Virus record (IMG/VR): IMGVR_UViG_3300028025_003099
Location: 1-33,318 of that record
Reading direction: 5' to 3' (one strand)
From: a virus
Lineage: Duplodnaviria; Caudoviricetes
Length of the DNA stretch: 33,318 nt
Shown: one piece after another, positions 20,037 through 27,989 of the stretch
How the letters are laid out: every line of letters starts with the position of its first letter
How positions within the stretch are numbered: position 1 is the first letter of the stretch
Made by a program: the position numbers and the translations under genes
The notes under the pieces: generated by a model
Told to the model about the DNA's origin: nothing
The model's database searches: none
What the model saw: only the letters and a program-made list of their open reading frames with translations

Positions 20037-20353
20037 ATTGGGTTCCTTAACCATGCTGCTGCCTCATCAGGACGGGGAATAAATGTTAACTTGCCATTGC
20101 TATCTACAGGTTCTCTTGCATCGTCACCGTCACCCCAATGCCACACACGGGATATCTTGCCACGCTTGGTTAACTCGTAGCTGCCGATGTGAATCTTGTT
20201 GGTTGTGTACAGGGTTTTGATTGAGTTGCGAACATGCTTTATATCTTTGCCTGTTAGCACAACCAACGCACTAACCGTAGCCTTGTTACACTTCTGTAAA
20301 GCCTGACCCACGGTTATGTTCTTGGGTACTACATACTGCGGTACGTCACTCAT
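20033..20353 (-). CDS. Hypothetical protein, possible winged helix
   Basis: 106 aa, RBS GAGGAG, helices followed by a beta hairpin (KIHIGSY...RVWHWG). Confidence 0.55.
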   Translation of the reverse strand: MSDVPQYVVPKNITVGQALQKCNKATVSALVVLTGKDIKHVRNSIKTLYTTNKIHIGSYELTKRGKISRVWHWGDGDDAREPVDSNGKLTFIPRPDEAAAWLRNPI

Positions 20354-20561
20354 CTTTTAATTTCTCCTCTAGGTATTCAATCACACCCTTGAGTTTTATA
20401 CCCCGTACGTATGCATTTTCTAACTCACGACTATCCTTTGCTCGCGCAGTAATCTCTGTTGTCCATCGGTTATGTAAATCGTCATAACGCTCTTTTAGGT
20501 GAGCTATTTCAGCTTTTGCTTGGCTTAGTTGTTCCTCTATTGACAGTTTCTTAGTTGCCAT
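20346..20561 (-). CDS. Hypothetical coiled-coil protein
   Basis: ATG at 20561 (MATKKLS) with a purine-rich RBS; overlaps neighbours. Confidence 0.6.
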   Translation of the reverse strand: MATKKLSIEEQLSQAKAEIAHLKERYDDLHNRWTTEITARAKDSRELENAYVRGIKLKGVIEYLEEKLKDE

Positions 20562-20859
20562 TTTTCTTCCTCTGTTCTGTATACATCCCTGCACGATAGC
20601 CAATCTCGTACGCCTTGCGTAACGTCATCATGCCCAGTTCGATTGCATCACTCTCCGATATGAAGTGCAACGCACTCTCTTGTGCTGCGCGGCGTATGCT
20701 GTCCTCAACTCGTTGCTGTTGAGCGCGTTCAATTGCGTCAAAGGCTTCGTCTTCTTCAGTCATCATCTTCGGCTCTGCCCTTGCTTTGATTGCTTGTATG
20801 TGGTCAAACATCTTTTTGCCAAGGTCGTAAAACTCCTTGTCCTTGTTATCTGGTGTCAT
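20551..20859 (-). CDS. Hypothetical protein
   Basis: 102 aa in the coupled operon; AYEIGYRAG motif. Confidence 0.6.
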   Translation of the reverse strand: MTPDNKDKEFYDLGKKMFDHIQAIKARAEPKMMTEEDEAFDAIERAQQQRVEDSIRRAAQESALHFISESDAIELGMMTLRKAYEIGYRAGMYTEQRKKNGN

Positions 20860-21202
20860 GCTTTTTTCCTAATGTCACCGTGTATTCTTGGTGTTTAAAC
20901 TGTGTTTTGTTATCCCTTGCTTGTTGCGCTTCCCAGTTGAGTCGCGCTCGGTTGTTCTTCGGTAATAGGTCGTAACGGTTTGGTTCAATCAGCGTCAGTT
21001 GAGGCTCGTGATACCAAGCGCATGAACCTCTGTTGGGTAGAATGTAGAGCTGATAATCATCCACATTGTTATCGTCATGACACAACTCAGCATATGTACC
21101 AATCACAATAGCCTTGCAGCCCTTGGCAAAGTGGCGCATTGGCGAACCAAGGTCATCGGCAATCTGCACCAAGTCACCCCTGAAAAACTTTTGCTCTTTC
21201 AT
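20846..21202 (-). CDS. Hypothetical protein
   Basis: 118 aa, RBS AGGAG; FFRGDLVQI start suggests an SH3/KOW-like barrel. Confidence 0.65.
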   Translation of the reverse strand: MKEQKFFRGDLVQIADDLGSPMRHFAKGCKAIVIGTYAELCHDDNNVDDYQLYILPNRGSCAWYHEPQLTLIEPNRYDLLPKNNRARLNWEAQQARDNKTQFKHQEYTVTLGKKHDTR

Positions 21203-21339
21203 TTCTTCTCCTGTTTAAACGCTTCTTGAAATGCTATCGCCTTGTCCATTGCTTCTTTCCACTTCGCCTGTAATTCCTCGGTGTGCTGTCGTGCGCGTTC
21301 TAAATACCTGCGGCTGATCTCTTCGTATTCTTTATCCAC
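21199..21339 (-). CDS. Small hypothetical protein, 46 aa, not in the ORF track
   Basis: GTG start after GGAG; MDKEYEEISRR...FKQEKK; ATGA overlap with the next gene; fills the gap exactly. Confidence 0.6.
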   Translation of the reverse strand: MDKEYEEISRRYLERARQHTEELQAKWKEAMDKAIAFQEAFKQEKK

Positions 21340-21550
21340 CGTTCTTCTCCTTGAGTAGCACCTCAATAGCACGGGCGATCAAAATAAAATCTGCAATATT
21401 TACATCGTCTCTTGTGTACTGCGTGTACAAATCGTTATAGGTTTCTGAAAGCTGTTCGTCAGTCAGCCCTTGCCACTGTTTGGGTATCCAATACTCATGC
21501 GGGTTGTAAATTACTAAGTCTGGGTTGTCTGGGTGTGGTTTAAACGGCAT
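21332..21550 (-). CDS. Hypothetical protein with WxGLTDE module
   Basis: QWQGLTDEQL...ARAIEVLLKEKN, similar to the C-terminus of 21540-22142. Confidence 0.65.
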   Translation of the reverse strand: MPFKPHPDNPDLVIYNPHEYWIPKQWQGLTDEQLSETYNDLYTQYTRDDVNIADFILIARAIEVLLKEKNGG

Positions 21551-22142
21551 TGTTCTTCTCCTTCAGCTTTGCCTCTAAGGCACGAGCGTCATCCATTACA
21601 TGCTGCAACGCAACCCCTGATAGCGACCAAGGTGCTACGTTTAAATCAAGCACTTCTTTAATTTCATCATCCGTCAGCCCGACCCATTCTTTGCGTGATG
21701 GTGCGGTAAGTATGGAGTCAATCCAGTTTGCTAATGCAATACATTCTTTTGCAGTGATATGAGGACTGCCAACAGATTCACGCCGCTTACCCATGTACCT
21801 TTTTACTCGACGCACAATCTCAGGCTCTTGCTCAGGCTTGGCTAACTCTTGTTCCGCCAACCATCGACCTCTAGGCGTACAAGCCTTAATACATTTTTCG
21901 TAATCGTTACAACATACTTGTGGCTCAGGCTGTGCGAGTGGCTCACCAAAATTATTTGGGTCAACGGGTATTGACCATTTAACAATGTGTGATTCAGGCG
22001 TATCAAACATATGCTCTTGCTCAGGCTTGGCTAACTCTTGGCACAGGGCTTCGATTGTTTCGTTCGTCAGATCAATTGGTCTAGTTTGTATTGAGTGGTA
22101 TTTCAAAGCGTACAACGCTTGTTTCAACAATTCACGGCTCAT
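21540..22142 (-). CDS. Modular hypothetical protein with LAKPEQE repeats
   Basis: 200 aa; QELAKPEQE twice plus LAQPEPQ; EWVGLTDDEI...ARALEAKLKEKN. Confidence 0.7.
   Translation of the reverse strand: MSRELLKQALYALKYHSIQTRPIDLTNETIEALCQELAKPEQEHMFDTPESHIVKWSIPVDPNNFGEPLAQPEPQVCCNDYEKCIKACTPRGRWLAEQELAKPEQEPEIVRRVKRYMGKRRESVGSPHITAKECIALANWIDSILTAPSRKEWVGLTDDEIKEVLDLNVAPWSLSGVALQHVMDDARALEAKLKEKNNAV
21824..22040. repeat. 28-bp perfect direct repeat at 21824-21851 and 22013-22040
   Basis: GCTCTTGCTCAGGCTTGGCTAACTCTTG read at both positions. Confidence 0.9.
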
Positions 22143-22378
22143 TTCTCACCCCTTGCTCTGATTTGTTTTGCACAAAATTGCCTTTGATCCACCGCAATGT
22201 AATTTTTATTACCAATCTCTCTTGCCAAGTCTTCACACAACTTTGCATTAGCCTCACGCTCGTCTTGGCGCACAAGTTCGGCAAAGCGTTCAAGGTCAAC
22301 TTCATCACACCGCGCCACCTCATTGTCATTAAACTCAAGCCCCGCTTGCACAGCCAACTCTTTTAATCGTTTGTCCAT
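22139..22378 (-). CDS. Hypothetical protein
   Basis: LKELAVQAG...LERFAELVRQDERE...IRARG; ATGA coupling. Confidence 0.7.
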   Translation of the reverse strand: MDKRLKELAVQAGLEFNDNEVARCDEVDLERFAELVRQDEREANAKLCEDLAREIGNKNYIAVDQRQFCAKQIRARGEK

Positions 22379-22578
22379 GTTCTATCCTTTTTCCATAACC
22401 CAAATTGTTGACGCAACCGCTGCAATTCTTCGGCGTTCATAATTAAACTCTCTCTTAATGCAGCATTTATCTTCTGCAACTCTCGTATGTACTGCGCTGC
22501 CTCGGCTTGCTCTTGGTGCGTCATGAAGTAACCGTGGTCGAGATTGCGTAAGATTTTCTCAGGGCTTAGTAAGTTCAT
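22363..22578 (-). CDS. Hypothetical coiled-coil protein
   Basis: ATG at 22578 just after the upstream stop. Confidence 0.55.
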   Translation of the reverse strand: MNLLSPEKILRNLDHGYFMTHQEQAEAAQYIRELQKINAALRESLIMNAEELQRLRQQFGLWKKDRTWTND

Positions 22579-22579
22579 T

Positions 22580-22813
22580 TCAGCACCCACCCCCGCCGCC
22601 TTGCCCACCATATCCACCACGGATAACAGGCGTAAGCCACGGTTGCATATGTACAGGGTTACGGTATTGCCCTTGCGGAATGTTTACCCCACCTTTCACA
22701 AAGCACAACTGCAAGTGATCTTTAACCATTTTCCATTGCGCCTTTGTTGGCTCTTTGCCACCGTTCATTTCGACAAAGCCTTGCAGCCAGTATGCAAATT
22801 GGTCTTGGTTCAT
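22580..22813 (-). CDS. Hypothetical phage protein
   Basis: QFAYWLQGFVE...QWKMVKDHL; Gly-rich tail ending in Cys. Confidence 0.7.
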   Translation of the reverse strand: MNQDQFAYWLQGFVEMNGGKEPTKAQWKMVKDHLQLCFVKGGVNIPQGQYRNPVHMQPWLTPVIRGGYGGQGGGGGC

Positions 22814-23040
22814 TTCATCTCCGGAAGTTTAAACGTTACGTTAATCTTCAACCCATCCATCGAATACGGGTCTTTCATTTCGTACACCTGAGTAACAATT
22901 TGGTTTGTGTACTCTGTAAGAATTGGCTCAATGTCTTTGACAATCAGTTCAATAAACTTTTGCCTGATCGCTTCTTTAACTGTTGAGTGAATTGCACTAG
23001 ATAAAATTGACGTTATATTTGCACCATTTACGATAGCCAT
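22810..23040 (-). CDS. Hypothetical protein
   Basis: 76 aa; TAATG and ATGA overlaps. Confidence 0.6.
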   Translation of the reverse strand: MAIVNGANITSILSSAIHSTVKEAIRQKFIELIVKDIEPILTEYTNQIVTQVYEMKDPYSMDGLKINVTFKLPEMK

Positions 23041-23393
23041 TATTTCTTTTCCTTTTTAAGGAACGCATCAAGGTACTGCTCAACAACCTGCACTGACTTG
23101 CTTGTGATACGTTTAGCATCTTCGGTTTTGGCAAGCGACATGATGGTGCTGCCTGCAAGGATCAAAGCTACATCCTTTTGTGTTGGAACGATGATGTTGA
23201 GCAACAACACCGCCGAACAGGCAATCCAGAGTTTGTGAAAGAACCTTGGATAATTTTCATCATTTGCAAGCAGGAAACACGCAACAGCCAATGAAGCAGC
23301 CGTTGCCAACGTTATGCAAACCCCCAAAAAAGCAAGTATTCCGTTCAAGCTATCAAGCCGTGTAAACAGGTACAACAGAAAAGTTTCGTTCAT
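23040..23393 (-). CDS. Hypothetical membrane protein with two TM helices
   Basis: Two hydrophobic segments; ATG at 23393 coupled to the upstream mini-ORF. Confidence 0.65.
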   Translation of the reverse strand: MNETFLLYLFTRLDSLNGILAFLGVCITLATAASLAVACFLLANDENYPRFFHKLWIACSAVLLLNIIVPTQKDVALILAGSTIMSLAKTEDAKRITSKSVQVVEQYLDAFLKKEKK

Positions 23394-23470
23394 AGCATCA
23401 CCCATAAAATCAGACAGATCACAAGGTAAAAGTACCCGACCAACTCAATCACTGCGCTTGATGTACTCAT
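23390..23470 (-). CDS. 26-aa single-TM peptide, not in the ORF track
   Basis: MSTSSAVIELVGYFYLVICLILWVML; ATGA overlaps at both ends. Confidence 0.55.
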   Translation of the reverse strand: MSTSSAVIELVGYFYLVICLILWVML

Positions 23471-24054
23471 CCTTCGCCACGCTCAAGTAGCTTGGCAATC
23501 TCAGCTTGCCCAACCTTGCCTAGATTTACTATTTTTGTTAGGAACAACGCAGGTGTATCGACTAACTGCCCATACGTTTCAATCTCTTCTGACAGGAGCG
23601 CATTGCGTGTTCTATTTGAAAGCTCTTTAAATTCTTTAAGGGGCATATGACGTAAGGGCTGTACAGTTTCTTTAGCTTTAATCATGGCTTGTGCAACTTT
23701 CCACGCAGACTCTTCAACCCACGACTGCCCTTGTTTTAGTATTTGGTCTTTTAATTCAGGGTTAGCTAACATTCCTTGCATAGCAAGTCCTGCGTAATAA
23801 TCCAACAACGACATTTTAAATTCATTCATTTTGTTGCTCCTTGCATCACGAATTGTTGTTAAGTGTTTACGGTTTTCTTTGAGTTCTTCTTTATGCCATG
23901 CTTCCAGTTTCATGCGCTGGTCAATGCGGGTTAGTTCATCAAACTTTTCAATCACGCGAAACAAAGCTGCGGTATTAAAATCGGCTTTTGTAAACCCAGC
24001 TTGTAAGGCAATTTTTTCTAGGTCAGCCAGTCTTTGTATTACGGAGTCGCTCAT
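23467..24054 (-). CDS. Fusion protein ending in an RNA polymerase alpha-CTD-like domain
   Basis: LSNRTRNALLSEEIETYGQLV...LTKIVNLGKVGQAEI resembles alpha-CTD; internal RBS and ATG at 23829. Confidence 0.7.
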   Translation of the reverse strand: MSDSVIQRLADLEKIALQAGFTKADFNTAALFRVIEKFDELTRIDQRMKLEAWHKEELKENRKHLTTIRDARSNKMNEFKMSLLDYYAGLAMQGMLANPELKDQILKQGQSWVEESAWKVAQAMIKAKETVQPLRHMPLKEFKELSNRTRNALLSEEIETYGQLVDTPALFLTKIVNLGKVGQAEIAKLLERGEG

Positions 24055-24281
24055 TCAAACACCCCGTAGCACCATGCAAAATACAGCGTGACAACAGCAC
24101 ACGCAGCGCAGATAGCCAACTTAGTTTTCCACAGACGCGCAACGCCTGTGCCTAACAACGCAGACTGCAACTGCATAGCGTCATAATCAAGTGGAGGGTT
24201 CTTCCCGCTGTACCACCCGCTTGTCTGTCTCTTCTCGAACCACTTCGGCTCGTAGTGAATCCCTATCTTTACTTTTGACAT
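24051..24281 (-). CDS. Hypothetical protein with C-terminal hydrophobic helix
   Basis: 76 aa, RBS GGGGAG, ATGA overlap downstream. Confidence 0.6.
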   Translation of the reverse strand: MSKVKIGIHYEPKWFEKRQTSGWYSGKNPPLDYDAMQLQSALLGTGVARLWKTKLAICAACAVVTLYFAWCYGVFE

Positions 24282-24360
24282 TTAAACTCCCCTCGGTTGT
24301 TTTCATAAAGTTACATCCGTCTTCAAAACCTTTTGCGTAGCCTCTTTGGTATTCAGACAT
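24187..24360 (-). CDS. Possible 57-aa hypothetical protein, not in the ORF track
   Basis: MSEYQRGYAKGFEDG...; start overlaps the upstream stop, but the ORF overlaps the next gene by 95 nt. Confidence 0.4.
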   Translation of the reverse strand: MSEYQRGYAKGFEDGCNFMKTTEGSLNVKSKDRDSLRAEVVREETDKRVVQREEPST

Positions 24361-24544
24361 TTTTCTTCCTTGTGCGTTTAATTACAGCAGCTATTCCCTG
24401 TTCCTCCTTTGCGTATTTAGCATCAATCATTGCATCTGCTATTGCATAACAATTCTTAGCATGAGCCTGTAAATCAGGAGGAATCCAAGCTTTAGATATC
24501 ATTGCAAACGCAGCAAAAAAATCTCTAAGGTCTTCGTCATTCAT
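24353..24544 (-). CDS. Hypothetical protein, LRDxFA motif family
   Basis: DLRDFFAAFAM...CYAIADAM; ATG at 24544. Confidence 0.7.
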   Translation of the reverse strand: MNDEDLRDFFAAFAMISKAWIPPDLQAHAKNCYAIADAMIDAKYAKEEQGIAAVIKRTRKKNV

Positions 24545-24860
24545 CAATCTTCCTGAACAAGTGTTGAAACAGGTTAATGACATATGCTGATCCGGTTTGA
24601 CCCGACGGAAATCTGAATCCAAACAACGGGTCTTTGTTGATCACCTCAATGACAGCGTTTAAACCTTCATTGAAGCCCGCATTAAACTGATTCGGGTTTA
24701 AGTCCATCCGCATCTCAATACCCTCGCGGGCAATTTGAGATTTAGATGCGTTGTTGTTCTTAGCAAACCTAGTCAGCCTGTCAGCGTCAACAGGCTTTAG
24801 GTAAATCATTACTGCGTGTAACTTAGAAGGGCTGAGTTTTTTTCCATGCTTCATATTCAT
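24537..24860 (-). CDS. Putative ribbon-helix-helix DNA-binding protein
   Basis: AVMIYL strand followed by DADRLTRFAK and SKSQIAREGI helices. Confidence 0.6.
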   Translation of the reverse strand: MNMKHGKKLSPSKLHAVMIYLKPVDADRLTRFAKNNNASKSQIAREGIEMRMDLNPNQFNAGFNEGLNAVIEVINKDPLFGFRFPSGQTGSAYVINLFQHLFRKIDE

Positions 24861-25215
24861 CTACCATTTGTTTGAATAGCGTGTTGCCACTAAGCTCTGA
24901 ACGAGACGATACATCGCAGATATCACATACGGCACGGGCTGCTGCATGTTCACTGGGTTTTTCAATGTGTCCTGTATCTTGTAGCCACACTTGGAAATCT
25001 CGCGTTCTACAGAGCATCCCCGCCTTCTTAACGGTGTAATCCACAGGGGATTCATCGTCATTGATTCTGACCATCGCAACGCCGTACCTAGCCCCGACAA
25101 AATCCCGCATTAAGTCTTCGGGAATTTCGTCAGGGTGAATACTTAGCGTCAAGATGAAGCCAGTGCGGTCTTGTTTAAGCGAGACCTTAACTGCCTCAAA
25201 TTGAAGAGCATCCAT
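24823..25215 (-). CDS. Hypothetical phage protein
   Basis: 130 aa; TAATG overlap; AGMLC...FQVWL...CDVSSRSEL. Confidence 0.7.
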   Translation of the reverse strand: MDALQFEAVKVSLKQDRTGFILTLSIHPDEIPEDLMRDFVGARYGVAMVRINDDESPVDYTVKKAGMLCRTRDFQVWLQDTGHIEKPSEHAAARAVCDICDVSSRSELSGNTLFKQMVDEYEAWKKTQPF

Positions 25216-25460
25216 TATTTTGTTTTCTCCAGTTTGCGCTCAAGTTTTGCAATATGCTTAACGGCTTTTTGATAATCTGTAAGCAATTCGCTGTTCAGTT
25301 CAGCCATGTGTTTCATTGCGTCTCGTGCAAACATCAAGGCTCTAATGGACAACTCAAGCTTGGCTTCGCTTTCCGCAAGCTGCTCCGACAAAGAAGGCTC
25401 TGTCGGTGCTTTTGGAACACGCTTCATAACGGTTTTCTTCACTGTTTTTTTGGTAACCAT
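25215..25460 (-). CDS. Hypothetical coiled-coil protein with basic N-terminus
   Basis: AGGAGTTTAAACATG initiation region places the start at 25460. Confidence 0.65.
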   Translation of the reverse strand: MVTKKTVKKTVMKRVPKAPTEPSLSEQLAESEAKLELSIRALMFARDAMKHMAELNSELLTDYQKAVKHIAKLERKLEKTK

Positions 25461-25470
25461 GTTTAAACTC

Positions 25471-25755
25471 CTAGAAAGGGATATCATCGTCCATGTCGGC
25501 GGGAGTAGACTGACGCTGCTCCCCCTTGACGAACGGCTTGCTTGCTTGAAGACTGAGGAACGTACCTGAGCCGTTGGTCAAGGGTTTCTTCCATCCGCTC
25601 AAGGCAATCTTGATTGTTCCGTCAACAATCTCAAACTGGCTCACATCAATCACCACATCACCGTAGTAATCCGGTGCTTTGGGATTGGTCTTTGCCTTAG
25701 CTGCGAACAGACTGCCGTAGGGTGCTTTGTTTTCAAATGGTTTGTCGTAAGCCAT
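25471..25755 (-). CDS. ssb: Single-stranded DNA-binding protein, small phage type
   Basis: GSLF...KAPDYYG...SGWKK...FLSL; acidic tail DDDIPF; adjacent to ERF. Confidence 0.75.
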   Translation of the reverse strand: MAYDKPFENKAPYGSLFAAKAKTNPKAPDYYGDVVIDVSQFEIVDGTIKIALSGWKKPLTNGSGTFLSLQASKPFVKGEQRQSTPADMDDDIPF

Positions 25756-25757
25756 AA

Positions 25758-26396
25758 CTACTCCTGAAGTGATGATTTGATATCTGCAAAAGCCGTTTGC
25801 AAGCGGGTAAATTCTTCCTTGTTAGAAACCTTGATTTCATCAATCTGTTTCTGATTGTTCTTCCACAGGCTAGACAGGTTAGCCAGTGATTCGCACTGCT
25901 TGCCCTCTTCAATTGCCTTGTCCACAAAGAAAGCTTGTTGAGCAGGGTCTACCGCTTTCTTCTTAGGTGTTTCAATGACCTTTGGAGCCTCGGCAGGAGG
26001 GGCTTTGGGCGTTTCTTTTTGGGGTAGGGCATCCACGGTATCAGACTCAACGATATCCATCGCCAAGAGCCACAGGTAGCGTCTCAGATAGGTATGTGTG
26101 CTACCCAAGTCTTGGATGGCTTGCCCCTTGGGGTTAGATGCAAAGACCATCGGGCTGCGGAAGTCGATGCACTCTGCTGCTTCTGAATCTGCGTCATAGA
26201 TTGTCAAAATGGCATAGTCATTTGTAAAATGAACGATTCCGCACAGACCAACGTCTAAGAAAATCTTGTTAATGGTTGGCATGAAGTCACCAAGCTCAAA
26301 ATACTCAAATCCGGCAAATTTGTTTTTGCCTGATTTCTTCAGGTTTGCGTCAAGCAGGGTTACCCGTGCCTGTTGTAGCTTTTTAAACACTTTCAT
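25758..26396 (-). CDS. erf: ERF-family single-strand annealing protein
   Basis: KKSGKNKFAGFEYFEL and GSTHTYLRRY motifs. Confidence 0.85.
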   Translation of the reverse strand: MKVFKKLQQARVTLLDANLKKSGKNKFAGFEYFELGDFMPTINKIFLDVGLCGIVHFTNDYAILTIYDADSEAAECIDFRSPMVFASNPKGQAIQDLGSTHTYLRRYLWLLAMDIVESDTVDALPQKETPKAPPAEAPKVIETPKKKAVDPAQQAFFVDKAIEEGKQCESLANLSSLWKNNQKQIDEIKVSNKEEFTRLQTAFADIKSSLQE

Positions 26397-26587
26397 ACGT
26401 TCTCCAAATATTGATCAGCCAAACTTGTGGCTACAAAGAAAACACTTTCTGCCTCTGTCGGGCAAGGGTATCCCGTGGGGTCGCCATGCAAAATCTCCCA
26501 AAGCTTGCAATTATCTTTATGTATGTTTAGATAATTGGGCGCAAGTGCCAACATAAAATCTAAAATTAACTCTTGTCTAGTCTTCAT
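26393..26587 (-). CDS. Hypothetical protein
   Basis: 64 aa, RBS GAGGAG, ATGA overlaps. Confidence 0.65.
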   Translation of the reverse strand: MKTRQELILDFMLALAPNYLNIHKDNCKLWEILHGDPTGYPCPTEAESVFFVATSLADQYLENV

Positions 26588-26745
26588 TTCACTTCTCCTC
26601 GTTTAAACGCTTCTACTAACTTTGTTTGAAAACTTGTCATCTGTCCGGTCTCTGCAACTTTGACTAAGTCCTTAGCCATCTTTCTGCGTATCTTGTAATC
26701 TGCAAAAGATTCGTTGGGTTGTCTTTCGGGTTTATGTAAACTCAT
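26584..26745 (-). CDS. Small hypothetical protein, 53 aa, not in the ORF track
   Basis: MSLHKPERQPNESFADYKIRR...; RBS GAGG; ATGA overlap. Confidence 0.6.
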   Translation of the reverse strand: MSLHKPERQPNESFADYKIRRKMAKDLVKVAETGQMTSFQTKLVEAFKRGEVK

Positions 26746-26747
26746 TG

Positions 26748-27062
26748 TTATCCTCGCTTAAATGACCATTCACGTTCATTTCTGCCTGACGGCGACCTAA
26801 GCAATCTGCCTGTTGCATAGATAAAACCACGCCTCTCTAACTCTGACATACGCCTGAACACCTGTGCGCGTTCCATCCCAAGGCATTCTGCAATGCCCGT
26901 GGCTGACATATCACCCTGCGTAAACAACGCATCCAAAATCATCATGGCGTGTTTTGACGTAACTTCCGCAACTGACGCTGCTGCCTTGTGGCTAGTGACA
27001 GGGTCATCATTGCGAGCCAGTGGTTGTGACCAACCTAAATCAACGGCTTCATACTTCGGCAT
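26748..27062 (-). CDS. Winged helix-turn-helix DNA-binding protein
   Basis: ARNDDPVTSHKAA then MSATGIAECLGMERAQVFRRMSELERRGFI; RBS AGGAG before ATG 27062. Confidence 0.8.
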   Translation of the reverse strand: MPKYEAVDLGWSQPLARNDDPVTSHKAAASVAEVTSKHAMMILDALFTQGDMSATGIAECLGMERAQVFRRMSELERRGFIYATGRLLRSPSGRNEREWSFKRG

Positions 27063-27942
27063 TTTCTTGCTCCTTTTTAAACTGTGAACACCACTTGGAA
27101 ACCCCACAGAAGTTTCCTGTACAACGGACTGCCTCGCCTTTACGGACGCTGATGGAGACAATCTTTCTGTCCTTTTCAGGCATCTCCATGATGAACGCAG
27201 CCGCTTCTGCATCCGTATCCAAAACCCGAACAGCGGTCTTGCGACCCTCTTTAAGAACGGCATACTTTGTCTCCCGAATCCAACGGTCATCCTCAGTGCA
27301 TGGGGGTAACTCCATTTCCCAATCAGCAGCTACCTTTGCCTCGCGGTGAAGTTCTACGCGCTCTTTGACGTAAGCCTCAGTCTTGTCAAAATCCCATAAA
27401 GGAATGCTGACCATCTGTGCGCTTGCCTGTGGGTAAGTGGGATCAGTCATAGCCTGTCTGCGACTCCAATCACGGATAAACGCGCAGATGCGTAAAGCTG
27501 ACACTTTCTTGCCAGTGGTTTTGAAGACTAACCATGCGTAGATATTCTGCTGCTGAATCCACTCAATCTTGTCGGCTCGTAACGCCCACGCAGAGGTGAA
27601 TTTGTAGTCAGTAATTTGAACCGTTCCCCCTACGTCCTCTTGCAAGTCAATCGCACCGGACAGGGTAACACCATCAACTTCAACAAACAAACGCTCTTCG
27701 TTGGTATGGTTTTTAGCAGTGTGCTGCTCTAGGAAATGATGGGCTAACGTACCCATTAAAGACCATGTCATGTCGCTTACATCTTGCTCCATCTCAGCAT
27801 AATGCCTCTGACGTAGCCGCTGTATGCGTGGTGGTGATATGATCTCTGTAACAGAGTAATCAGCTTTACCTTTGCTGTAAAAGCTTGTTGACGCAAGGGC
27901 GACAAAGGGTTCAGGCAACCCAAACTTATTGGTGATTTTCAT
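27049..27942 (-). CDS. PD-(D/E)XK exonuclease (Cas4/RecB-like)
   Basis: GTLAH, SGAID, ITDYK, QQNIY motifs and C-terminal Cys cluster; RBS GGAGG. Confidence 0.85.
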   Translation of the reverse strand: MKITNKFGLPEPFVALASTSFYSKGKADYSVTEIISPPRIQRLRQRHYAEMEQDVSDMTWSLMGTLAHHFLEQHTAKNHTNEERLFVEVDGVTLSGAIDLQEDVGGTVQITDYKFTSAWALRADKIEWIQQQNIYAWLVFKTTGKKVSALRICAFIRDWSRRQAMTDPTYPQASAQMVSIPLWDFDKTEAYVKERVELHREAKVAADWEMELPPCTEDDRWIRETKYAVLKEGRKTAVRVLDTDAEAAAFIMEMPEKDRKIVSISVRKGEAVRCTGNFCGVSKWCSQFKKEQENAEV

Positions 27943-27989
27943 AATAGCCTCCGAGTAGGAAACATAATACTAACGCAAGGAAAAACATA

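Noticed and set aside
21824-22040. Diversity-generating retroelement TR/VR pair
   Set aside because: Repeat is 28 bp and identical, with no adenine-specific differences and no reverse transcriptase in the window
27049-27942. Cas4 as part of a CRISPR-Cas system
   Set aside because: No array or other cas genes; ERF and SSB context indicates a recombination exonuclease
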